Positions 39,275 to 48,511 of a DNA stretch of 64,000 bases are shown one piece after another. The stretch comes from Chitinivibrionales bacterium (GTDB lineage Bacteria; Fibrobacterota; Chitinivibrionia; Chitinivibrionales; WJKA01). The notes beneath the pieces were generated by a model, which worked only from the letters and a program-made list of their open reading frames with translations, did no database searches and was not told the origin of the DNA. The stretch is taken from the NCBI GenBank assembly GCA_038247415.1, contig JBBRUX010000018.1:1-64000 (forward strand), read 5' to 3'. Numbering within the stretch: the first letter of the stretch is position 1; every line of letters begins with the position of its first letter. Both the position numbers and the translations under genes were made by a program.

Positions 39275-40492
39275 ATGAAACTCTCAAAACTTGCCCTCTT
39301 AGGTATTGCGTGCTTAGGCATCCAAAGCGCTGAAGCAAAAACAGCAGCAGAGCTTAAGGCTGCCTTTGCAACCATTATGCCTGCATCGGGCCTCAAAGCT
39401 CGTATGGCTTGGGCTCAGGGCGGAACACTTCCCGATACATTGGCAGATAGAACATTATACGCAGTAGATGGTGACGAAGGCGTTGTAAGAAGGATTCTTC
39501 CCACAACTATGAGTGTTGATGTTGATTGGCCAAACGTAACTGCCGATGGATCCAAGATAGTGTTTGCTGATTTAAAATCTTACTCTGCGTATGTTGTAAA
39601 CTTTGATGGTACAGGCTTAACTAAATTAGCGGTAGACATACCTACCGACGAACTTACTTTGGAATATTGGGTTGATGCCAGTGGTGTAGATTGGATTATC
39701 GCCGGTGGTGGAGACTGTGGGACAATCCGACGGTTTAAGCTGAGCGATCCAAAAGTCTGTGTTTCACTCTGGAATAAAACCGGAAACCCCAGCCCAAGTC
39801 ACGGTGATGGTTTAGGTCTTTCGCAAGATGGTACTCGTTTATGCGCTATGTGGGACAGAGGGAGAAATGATGCGAGCGGAATGAGCTATGGTAGCGGTAT
39901 TGGTGTTGTTCCCGACGGACAAGTCAGTATGACACCACTCTGGATAGGCTGCGGAATTTCGATGCTCCCCGACAACTCTTACACTGCAGGCATTGGTAAT
40001 AAGGATATCCGTGTTGTTGACGGAGCTGGAAACATCAAAGTAAAATATGATGTCAATAAGGCTGTTATGGATTATGCAAAGGCACACAATGGAGCAAACA
40101 ATTGCAACGGCACCTATGAAGAATTCATCAACTTTCGTTGGAGTAATAAGCTTGATGTAATATCTTTTGGTTCTTATTGGACAAAAGCGAATCCTTGGAT
40201 TTACAATGTAAAAACTGGCAAATTTATAAGCATAGTAGACGACATGGGTTGTACCAAGGTAGAACACTCCGACCTGATGTTCTATACCGGAACAAGCGTT
40301 GTTTCACAGCCTGCACTAGGTGTTGCATTTGAAAAGAGTCAGTTCAATTCGGATAACCCAATCTATTCACTCAATGGAAGAAGACTTGCACCACACGATA
40401 TAAGCAAACAAAACGCATCCGGAGCAATGAGTATACGCATTATGAAACAGCACAATACACGTGGCATGCAGAAGGTACTTGTGTCACAATAA
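39275..40492 (+). CDS. Secreted beta-propeller-like protein with C-terminal sorting tail
   Basis: Signal peptide; PNVTADGSKIVF, VVNFDGTG, LSQDGTR (TolB/PD40-like); IYSLNGR tail. Confidence 0.7.
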   Translation: MKLSKLALLGIACLGIQSAEAKTAAELKAAFATIMPASGLKARMAWAQGGTLPDTLADRTLYAVDGDEGVVRRILPTTMSVDVDWPNVTADGSKIVFADLKSYSAYVVNFDGTGLTKLAVDIPTDELTLEYWVDASGVDWIIAGGGDCGTIRRFKLSDPKVCVSLWNKTGNPSPSHGDGLGLSQDGTRLCAMWDRGRNDASGMSYGSGIGVVPDGQVSMTPLWIGCGISMLPDNSYTAGIGNKDIRVVDGAGNIKVKYDVNKAVMDYAKAHNGANNCNGTYEEFINFRWSNKLDVISFGSYWTKANPWIYNVKTGKFISIVDDMGCTKVEHSDLMFYTGTSVVSQPALGVAFEKSQFNSDNPIYSLNGRRLAPHDISKQNASGAMSIRIMKQHNTRGMQKVLVSQ

Positions 40493-40526
40493 TAACTACT
40501 TTACGATTCTTAATCAGGAGACATTT

Positions 40527-41390
40527 ATGATAAGTTATTGTGTTAAAAAACATTTCTTAAAAATGAATTTGGGATGTGCACCACTGTGCGCTCTGTTGTT
40601 CTTATTCGTTGCGTATGCAAGTGCGGTTAATCAACCCCCGGTTGCGCATGCAGGAAATGATACGGCCCTCATTTTAGGTGCAGATTACAATAATTTACGG
40701 GGAACAGCTACCGATGATTCGCTTGATATTTACAGCCTAATTTACAAATGGACACAAACAAGTGGGCCCACTCCAGGATCTGCCATAGCTGCACCTGATT
40801 CACGCACCACACGGGTAACTTTTTCTACTACGGGAGTTTATGTATTTCTGTTTGAAGTAAGCGATGGAAATCTTACGGGTAAAGATACCATTATTATAAC
40901 AGTAGTAAAAAATACTCCCTTACGGATTTTAACACCCGATACCGGCGCAGTTCTTCAGAATGGCACAACCTATACCATTACGTGGGAAATTTATCCTGTA
41001 CCAGACCCCTTGAAACTCGATTATTCTCCGGATGGGGGAAAAAACTGGATAGAAATCACCAATACACCTGTCGGTAAAGGGATAATGAGATACGATTGGC
41101 AAATCCCTGCTGATCTTGCACCCAAAAACACGTATTCGCTGAGAATCTTTGATTATAACCGTACACTCGGATACATGGCGTACTCGGGCACATTCTCTAT
41201 TGTATCAACATCGATCATCAAGAGTCAGAAGATTTCTTTCTCGGCGATGGCCTTGGGGGCAGTACAAAATTTTAGTATTGACGGGCGTTCCATCTCACAA
41301 GAAAAGGCTTTATGCAACGCAAGTATTATGGTACATCAGACCAAGAATAGTACTCACAATCGAAATAGTCTCACTGTTACGATCCCCTAA
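40527..41390 (+). CDS. Secreted PKD/Ig-like domain protein
   Basis: NQPPVAHAGND, YKWTQTSGP, VSDG; YSPDGGKNW second domain; FSIDGR tail; CAGGAG RBS. Confidence 0.8.
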   Translation: MISYCVKKHFLKMNLGCAPLCALLFLFVAYASAVNQPPVAHAGNDTALILGADYNNLRGTATDDSLDIYSLIYKWTQTSGPTPGSAIAAPDSRTTRVTFSTTGVYVFLFEVSDGNLTGKDTIIITVVKNTPLRILTPDTGAVLQNGTTYTITWEIYPVPDPLKLDYSPDGGKNWIEITNTPVGKGIMRYDWQIPADLAPKNTYSLRIFDYNRTLGYMAYSGTFSIVSTSIIKSQKISFSAMALGAVQNFSIDGRSISQEKALCNASIMVHQTKNSTHNRNSLTVTIP

Positions 41391-41412
41391 AACAAAGCCT
41401 CTTTAGTAATCT

Positions 41413-41458
41413 ATGAGCAAAGCTTTATTGAATTAAGATTCAATAAGGTTTTGTTCAT
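41413..41458 (+). terminator. Long hairpin after the PKD gene
   Basis: About 21-bp stem with G.U wobbles, loop TAAG. Confidence 0.55.
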
Positions 41459-41535
41459 TCCTGCATTTGCCTCAATACCGGTATTATTTTAATACTAGAG
41501 CAGATTTGATCCCCTATTTCCAAAAAGAAGCAATC

Positions 41536-42108
41536 ATGATTGATGTTGGATTACCTGGCATTCATGATAAACAATTTGGCTTTTTTAACTGTTTGTCGGT
41601 TAAAATGAGTCCGCATGGATACTTTCTCCACGCTCACGAAAATCACGAATTTTTCTTTTGTTTGCAGGGCACCGGCAAGCAGCTTTCGGACATTCAAACC
41701 TACGACATGAAATGTGGCGACTTGTTTTTTTATGGAGCAGGAACGCCCCATGTATGCAAGCCATCCGAAGAAATGGAAGAACGACTCAAAGACGTCCTCC
41801 ATTTTCTCAGTCATCATTTCTCTGAGCCTCTCACTGTCGAAGAAATTGCAAAAATGGCGTGCCTCAGCCGTAGCCATTTCCATGCAATTTTCAAAAAATC
41901 CACGGGGCTTACGCTGATGCAGTATCTTAACAAATTAAGAATTTCTGCAGCCGCACAATTTCTCACCAAAACCGATCGTGCCATTTCCAGCATCGCCTAC
42001 GACTGCGGATTTTCGTGCATAAGCCACTTTTATTCGATTTTTAAAGCGGAGCTTAAAATGAGCCCACGGGAATTCAGGATTCATAAAGAACTCAACCTCA
42101 CACAATAA
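41536..42108 (+). CDS. AraC-family regulator, unusually short (probable in-frame internal deletion)
   Basis: Cupin HAHENHE...PHV joined directly to double HTH (EEIAKMACLS, IAYDCGFS...FK); 190 aa. Confidence 0.8.
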   Translation: MIDVGLPGIHDKQFGFFNCLSVKMSPHGYFLHAHENHEFFFCLQGTGKQLSDIQTYDMKCGDLFFYGAGTPHVCKPSEEMEERLKDVLHFLSHHFSEPLTVEEIAKMACLSRSHFHAIFKKSTGLTLMQYLNKLRISAAAQFLTKTDRAISSIAYDCGFSCISHFYSIFKAELKMSPREFRIHKELNLTQ

Positions 42109-42334
42109 CGCCGACCAACTGGGGTTTCCAAAACACCACTATTGCAATAAATTTCATGATTACATCAAGAAAGTTATCTTTGAAGATTGGATATGCTTGC
42201 AACCTTAGAGTATACTTAAATCATTGATTCATAAGGTTATGCAAACGTAAAAAAAGTGCATTCAAGCGGCATGCTTGACACTTTACATAGTAGAGGGCTT
42301 CATTGAACTCGTTCTTTTCAGATGCACTGGCACG

Positions 42335-43095
42335 AATAGAAGGCAGCTTTGCTGGGGGCAAATCGTTTACAAACTTGGAATTTCTGGCGTGCTGATGGGC
42401 AAGCCGACAGTGCACATGTGGGCGAAAACAACACCTCTAATCACCGTAATACGTTTAGCTTGATTTTGAAATATCATCCTTTTGAACAGTTAACGTTATC
42501 TGGTGGCATGGAGTTTTTCTTTATTACTCCCGTTTTTTATGGCCAAAAGGCAACACTGCCACGCCACAATTTATAAATACTTCAGGAAAATCCAGAGATG
42601 TACTCTATAGGGACGGATCCCTCTTTGCGGAAGCGAATTTTAACAACCCCATTGTCAACATTACTGCTGGCGCTCGCTATGAGATGCGTTCTGGCCCACA
42701 AATCCAGGATTCTTTAGGAGAAATAGTTCCTCGTATCGCTCTTACCAGGGAATTCAGCCCTCTGTGTGGGTATCTTCTTATTGCAAAATCATTCAGAATC
42801 CCCTCTATTTCAAACTATTCTTGGGAACCATTCGATTCTGCAACCCAAAATATATTCCCCTTGCTCCCGAAAAAGTTATGAACTATGAAATTGAATGTGG
42901 CTGGCAAATAACCAGATTCATGTCACTTGCGGGCAATCTTTTTGCCAATCAAATATCAGATCCGCTCGTATGGAGCGACGATCCTAATGGGTATCTTAAT
43001 TATCCATCGAGTGGTACCTATGGAGGAGAAGCGGATATTCGTTTGCGAAGTTTTTGGGGATACACAAATTTTGCCTATTCATATTATTCCATAAA
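42335..43095 (+). pseudogene. TonB-dependent receptor barrel remnant
   Basis: Three consecutive reading segments: LTLSGGMEF; TAGARYE, VPRIAL, KSFRIPSI; LAPEKVMNYEIECG; no start, no terminal strand. Confidence 0.75.
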
Positions 43096-43225
43096 GTATA
43101 TTAGTTACGTTTTAATTACTTGGGTGAAGTGTATTTTTTTCAATGTACCCACCCACGACTCGCTCTCCGATCGAGCTCAGCACAGGTTTCCAAAGGGACT
43201 CGTTTTTTCCCTCTTGATCTTCTGC

Positions 43226-43281
43226 TCTTCTTCCATCTCCGCAGCGTGTCACCATTTTTTTAATCTTTCGATGGAGGAAGA
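43226..43281 (+). promoter_or_regulatory. Anti-Shine-Dalgarno helix in the DEAD-box helicase leader
   Basis: TCTTCTTCCATC pairs 12/12 (one G.U) with GATGGAGGAAGA. Confidence 0.55.
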
Positions 43282-43287
43282 CCTGCT

Positions 43288-44526
43288 ATGGGTTTCTCAA
43301 AAATCAATCTTGTTGAATCGGTTATTCAAGGAGTGTATGCATCTGGGTATGCTACCCCCACAGCCATTCAAGCGAAAGCAATTCCTGCAGCGCTTGTAGG
43401 ACGCGATATCTTGGGGTGCGCCCCAACCGGCACGGGAAAAACAGCAGCATTTGTGTTGCCGATTCTCGATAGGCTCGTTCGTTCTACGATTGCAACGCAC
43501 CGCAATCCGCACCCTCGCGCGCTCATCCTTACCCCAACCCGTGAGCTTGCCCAGCAGATTGAAGATTCAATCAATAAATATGGCATGTATACATCCCTTA
43601 CGCCGTTATCTATTTATGGCGGAGTCTCGATGGTCAATCAGCTTAAGGCACTTAAAAACCGCCCCGATATAATTATTGCAACCCCTGGCCGGCTCTTGGA
43701 TCATTTGGAACGACGCAGCATTAACCTCTCGTGTGTCGAAGTTCTCGTTCTTGATGAAGCTGATCGTATGTACGATATGGGTTTTATTCATGATGTGCGC
43801 AGAATTATTAGCCAAGTACCTGCAAAACGACAAACCATGCTCTTTTCGGCAACCATGTCTAAAGAAATTCGGGCCCTTGTTGCAAGCATCCAGCACAACC
43901 CTGAGCTTGTTGACATTGGAATACCCACTACCCCAACAGAAACAGTAGAACAAATTTTCTTTTCGGTAGAAAAAGATAGCAAACTCGATTTACTTACGCA
44001 CATTCTCCAAAAAGAACCCATCGAAACGATGCTTGTTTTTTCTAGAACAAAGCACGGTGCCGACCGGATCGCCAAAACACTTGAGCGCAGAGGAATCTCC
44101 AGCGCTACTATTCATTCAAACCGATCTCAACCACAACGACAACGCGCTCTAGATGGTTTCAAGGCACGTGAATTTAGGGTTCTGGTTGCAACTGATATTG
44201 CAGCACGGGGCATTGACATTCACAAGGTATCCCATGTTGTAAATTATGACACGCCAGCATTCCCCGAAGACTATGTGCACCGTATTGGACGCACTGGCCG
44301 GGCCGAAGAAAAAGGGAAAGCGCTTACGTTTGTTTCGCAAGAAGAAGAAAAATATCTTAATAAAATTGCCAAAATCACCACGAGCAAACCTGCACTCGAA
44401 AAATATCCTGGGTTTAACAACCTCCCAAAAGTAAAACAATCACCGCCGTTTGTAACCCCGAGTTCCAGACCTCGTGGATATTCTTCGCAACCGCGCAAGA
44501 CTAACCCACCGCACTACGCTCGGTAG
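43288..44526 (+). CDS. rhlE: DEAD-box RNA helicase, RhlE-like
   Basis: PTAIQ, APTGTGKT, PTRELA, TPGRLLD, DEAD, SAT, ARGID, HRIGRTGR. Confidence 0.93.
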   Translation: MGFSKINLVESVIQGVYASGYATPTAIQAKAIPAALVGRDILGCAPTGTGKTAAFVLPILDRLVRSTIATHRNPHPRALILTPTRELAQQIEDSINKYGMYTSLTPLSIYGGVSMVNQLKALKNRPDIIIATPGRLLDHLERRSINLSCVEVLVLDEADRMYDMGFIHDVRRIISQVPAKRQTMLFSATMSKEIRALVASIQHNPELVDIGIPTTPTETVEQIFFSVEKDSKLDLLTHILQKEPIETMLVFSRTKHGADRIAKTLERRGISSATIHSNRSQPQRQRALDGFKAREFRVLVATDIAARGIDIHKVSHVVNYDTPAFPEDYVHRIGRTGRAEEKGKALTFVSQEEEKYLNKIAKITTSKPALEKYPGFNNLPKVKQSPPFVTPSSRPRGYSSQPRKTNPPHYAR

Positions 44527-44595
44527 CTCAGATTATATTACTATAATCTTTGATAAGAGTGCTCCTGCTGAATTCAAAATCAATCGGAGGGCCCT

Positions 44596-47253
44596 ATGGC
44601 GGCAAAAAAATTCTCACATGCGCTTTTTTGCGCAGCATTTTTTGTCGGAACTCTTTTTGCATCAGAGTATTATGTGAGCTCTGTGGGAAACGACGATAGC
44701 GTTGGAACCCAAAGCTCGCCTTGGAAAACTATTGCAAAAGCAAACTCAAAAACATTAGTACCGGGCGACAAAGTCTTTTTCAAACGAGGGGACACCTTTT
44801 TTGGAAGCATTTTGGTGTTTAACTCAGGAACTACTGGCTCCCTCATTACTTATGGAGCCTATGGGACTGGCAATCGTCCGGTAATCTCAGGCGCACCACT
44901 TATTACTGGTTGGCAATTGGTATCGGGTAAATACGTTGCGACTTATAATGGCGATGCCACAATACCCGTTGAGCAACTTTTTGCAGGCACTGCACCTCTT
45001 CATATAGCACGATTTCCTAATACCGGATACATTCCTATAGATACCGCAATAAGCCGAACAGAACTAACGTGTTCTGCTCTTGCAGGCTCTACCGATTGGA
45101 CTGGAGCATACGTTCATATCAGGAGCGAACGATGGTCTCTTGACGCTCGAAAAATAATTGATTTTAACAAAACTTCCGGACACATTACTCTGGACAAAGC
45201 AGCCAATTATGATATAAATAAAAGCGAAGGTCTCTTTATAAACGGCGTTTTAGCAGCCATTGACACAGAAGAATGGTACTACGATTCTCTCAATAAGAAG
45301 GTCTATCTAACGGCAGCCCAAATCCCACAAAAGCTCTTTGGATCTACAATCCCTTATGGCCTCCTAAGTTCGGGGCAATCATTCGTAACCATAGATAACC
45401 TCGCATTTTTTGGACAGACTCAGGCAAATATCAGAATAGACGGAGGATCGAGTATCACGATTTCTAATTGTTACGCTCGCTATTCGGATGGTTTTGGGAT
45501 CTTGCTCTCTGCCAATTCTTCGACTATTGACGGTTGCGTAATAGCATATGCCAATGAAGGAGGTTTAAAACTCTACGGAAACGCCAATCGTATTGCCCAT
45601 TCAACCATTACAAACATAGGCATGATGGACCGGCTTAATAGGTTTGGTCTTGGAGGGGATTGCTGCACAGGTCGGGCACTCGATTTTGGGGGTAGTGACA
45701 ATATTATCAGCGAAAACAACATCGATTCCATTGGATATGTAGGTATCGGCTTTGGTGGCCCCAATAATCTTATTGAAAAAAATCTTGTCCAACATATTTG
45801 CATGACTACCGATGATGGTGCAGCGATTTACACTTGGAGCCCCAATTTTGATAGCACCGGATCGGCTGGAACAATTATTCGCAAAAATATTGTAGGCAAT
45901 GCAGTTGGCGCCCCACAGGGAACCGGTAGCACAAGCAACAACTCCTGTCAAGGTATTTACATGGACGACAGAACACATCATGTACGCATAGACAGCAATA
46001 CTGTATTCAATAATTATTTGGGTATTTTTCTTCATAATAACAGATACCATACCGTAACAGGAAATATCTGCTACGGCAACACAGGTCATCAGATTCAAAT
46101 CAGCCGCGATGCAATAGTGAGTCAGCAAGTGTATGGGAATCAGGTTTACGATAACATATTCTATTCGACAAGCGAATCTCAAGGCACGATAACGCAGGCT
46201 CGGTCTGCTCAACAGGATTCAAATATGGTTTCTCTGGCGCGCAATTACACGGTTGTTGAAAACCCTTTTTCTGCACTTTGTCTAAAAGATGGGATACCAG
46301 TTTGGAAAAAAACATTTGTAAATGATACCTTTGCAACCATTGGAACTAATAAAATTTCTTCTGGCGAATTTGATCAGGCTACTCTTGCATGGGGCTGTTG
46401 GCCATCCCAATACTTTGCACTCTCAAAAGACTCATTGGCATCTCCCGACAAGGCATGCCTCATAGTACACTATTTTGGAAATCCTGCCAATGGTGCGCCT
46501 ATCTTCTTTACCAATACAACCTATCCTCTGGATTCTGGACATATTTACCGGCTGCGATTTTCTGCAAAGGCAAATCACGCGGGAAGTATGAATTGTTTTG
46601 CGCGCATGTCGGGGGCACCCTATACTGGATCGGGTCTTACTAGGACTATTACACTTGACACAATCTGGAAAGACTACGAACTCTTTTTTGAAGCTACCTT
46701 AACAAACGCAAATAGCAGGGTCGATTTCTACCCTACCAAAACAGACACGCTGATGTGGATGGATAATGTATCGCTTTACGAAATAAATAGTAGTCAAATA
46801 AACACGGCATTAAAATCAAAACTTTTTATCAATACCACATCGTCCTCAAAGACTTTTCCGCTTGGCCTGCCCAAATGGAGTGATGTGGTGGGAAATCAGA
46901 ATATTACGGGAAGCATTTCCCTGCAAGCGTACCAAGGCAAAATCCTCATCAACGATTCGATAGGAACAACACCTTTAAGGACCCCCCTACGTCTTGTTAC
47001 ATCTTCCCGTCTGATACACTCGATACAGATTACTAAAGAGGGATTATCCTTGCTGCTTTCACCTTCACAAACTCGTACGAACATTTCGGTTATCGATATG
47101 CAAGGCCGCCTCATCAAGAGCTGCCCAGTAAGCGCAGGGGATACAGAGAAACGGTTAGCCATACATGCCAACAATCGATGGGGATCAAAAGTTTTTATTG
47201 TAGTGGTGTCTAATAAAGCAAGGAGTGAAATTTACAAATCGATTACTTATTAG
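44596..47253 (+). CDS. Secreted beta-helix protein with CBM4/9-like module and C-terminal sorting tail
   Basis: YYVSSVGND, PWKTI, FKRGDTF, ARFPN, DDGAAIY, GIYMDD; YRLRFSAKA...WMDNVSL; IDMQGRLIK tail. Confidence 0.85.
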   Translation: MAAKKFSHALFCAAFFVGTLFASEYYVSSVGNDDSVGTQSSPWKTIAKANSKTLVPGDKVFFKRGDTFFGSILVFNSGTTGSLITYGAYGTGNRPVISGAPLITGWQLVSGKYVATYNGDATIPVEQLFAGTAPLHIARFPNTGYIPIDTAISRTELTCSALAGSTDWTGAYVHIRSERWSLDARKIIDFNKTSGHITLDKAANYDINKSEGLFINGVLAAIDTEEWYYDSLNKKVYLTAAQIPQKLFGSTIPYGLLSSGQSFVTIDNLAFFGQTQANIRIDGGSSITISNCYARYSDGFGILLSANSSTIDGCVIAYANEGGLKLYGNANRIAHSTITNIGMMDRLNRFGLGGDCCTGRALDFGGSDNIISENNIDSIGYVGIGFGGPNNLIEKNLVQHICMTTDDGAAIYTWSPNFDSTGSAGTIIRKNIVGNAVGAPQGTGSTSNNSCQGIYMDDRTHHVRIDSNTVFNNYLGIFLHNNRYHTVTGNICYGNTGHQIQISRDAIVSQQVYGNQVYDNIFYSTSESQGTITQARSAQQDSNMVSLARNYTVVENPFSALCLKDGIPVWKKTFVNDTFATIGTNKISSGEFDQATLAWGCWPSQYFALSKDSLASPDKACLIVHYFGNPANGAPIFFTNTTYPLDSGHIYRLRFSAKANHAGSMNCFARMSGAPYTGSGLTRTITLDTIWKDYELFFEATLTNANSRVDFYPTKTDTLMWMDNVSLYEINSSQINTALKSKLFINTTSSSKTFPLGLPKWSDVVGNQNITGSISLQAYQGKILINDSIGTTPLRTPLRLVTSSRLIHSIQITKEGLSLLLSPSQTRTNISVIDMQGRLIKSCPVSAGDTEKRLAIHANNRWGSKVFIVVVSNKARSEIYKSITY

Positions 47254-48211
47254 AATTCCTTTGATTTCCAAAATACTCCAGGAAGCGGAACATCCCTGCC
47301 CGCAACCTTGCCTGTAGATCGGCATTTTAAAAAAGTTGAAGTGGCATCGCTGCGCAGCAAATGGCTTGATAAAAACGCACTTTTTGTTGCAATGAAATCT
47401 GGGCAGGATGGGTTAAACCATGGGCACCTTGATCTGGGAAGTTTTGTATTTGACGCCAATGGAGAACGTTGGGCAACGGATTTGGCGGGCGATGACTATA
47501 ACCTTCCCTCATACTTTTCGAACCTTCGGTGGACATACTACCGGCTTCGTGCTGAAGTTCATAATACGCTTGTTATCAATCCCGACACATCAGGGGGGCA
47601 AAGCATTACTGCATCTACATTCATTACTCCTTTTGTTTCGTCAAACAATGCAAGCGGAATGATAGCCGACCTGACTTCTGCCTACGCGATTTCATCCAAG
47701 TCTGTTAAAAGGGGCATTGCGCTTATCAACAACAAATCTCAATTGCTCATTCAGGATGAAATTATCAACAAAGCGCCTTCTACCGTGTATTGGTTCTTTC
47801 ATACTTCCGATACTTTAAAAATCAGACTCAAGCACTATAACGGTACTTGCCACACCAATTTCAACCGCTTCTGCGCAAGCTACCGTTTCCATTCCGACAC
47901 GTGGCCGGCTCGCCAATCCAACATGGCCAAAAGGATCGGCGATTGCGACCGCATTTAATCCGAACACGCCCCAAAGGCCAAATGCACACATTCACTGCTC
48001 ACCACATACTCTCACACTGAGTGGCTATTCTGCTCAAAGAATTCAATTATTTTCAACAACTGGTATGCTTTTAGCATCAGGTCAATCTAATAACGACTAT
48101 CAAACTAAGGGCGTATATTTTAAAAACCTTGTTCCTGGTGCATACTTCATACACATCAAATCTTCGGATACTACCCGTTCTTTTTCTACGCGGGTTATTA
48201 TCCCTCAATAA
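47254..48211 (+). pseudogene. Heparinase II/III-like protein remnant
   Basis: NHGHLDLGSFVFDANGERWATDL, HNTLVIN, LIQDEI; no start; frame change near 47815 into frame ending NLVPGAYFIHIK...IPQ*. Confidence 0.8.
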
Positions 48212-48511
48212 TCAAGCATTTCTTACCTATTTCTACAACCACCTCTATGGTTTTATTTACAAGCAATAGAGGCACCCATACATATGCGTACCGCTTTTTT
48301 AAGCTGAAGCCAAAAAGGGATTGCTGCATCTATTTAGGAAAAAGGGTTTTCTATCAAACCATACTAAACAATTCCTTCTTAAAAGTGGTAAAAAAAAGAA
48401 TTTTTTTCCCACAAGGATCTTCGCTCAATTTATCTTTTATCAAGAGTTCATAATTTCGGTTTGGAAGCCCTTCTTTTACATTTTTTACAATTTTCTAGAC
48501 TCAGGCACATT

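Noticed and set aside
42764..43399. 211-aa ORF overlapping the helicase start
   Set aside because: It is the last fragment of the receptor pseudogene running on into the helicase 5' UTR.
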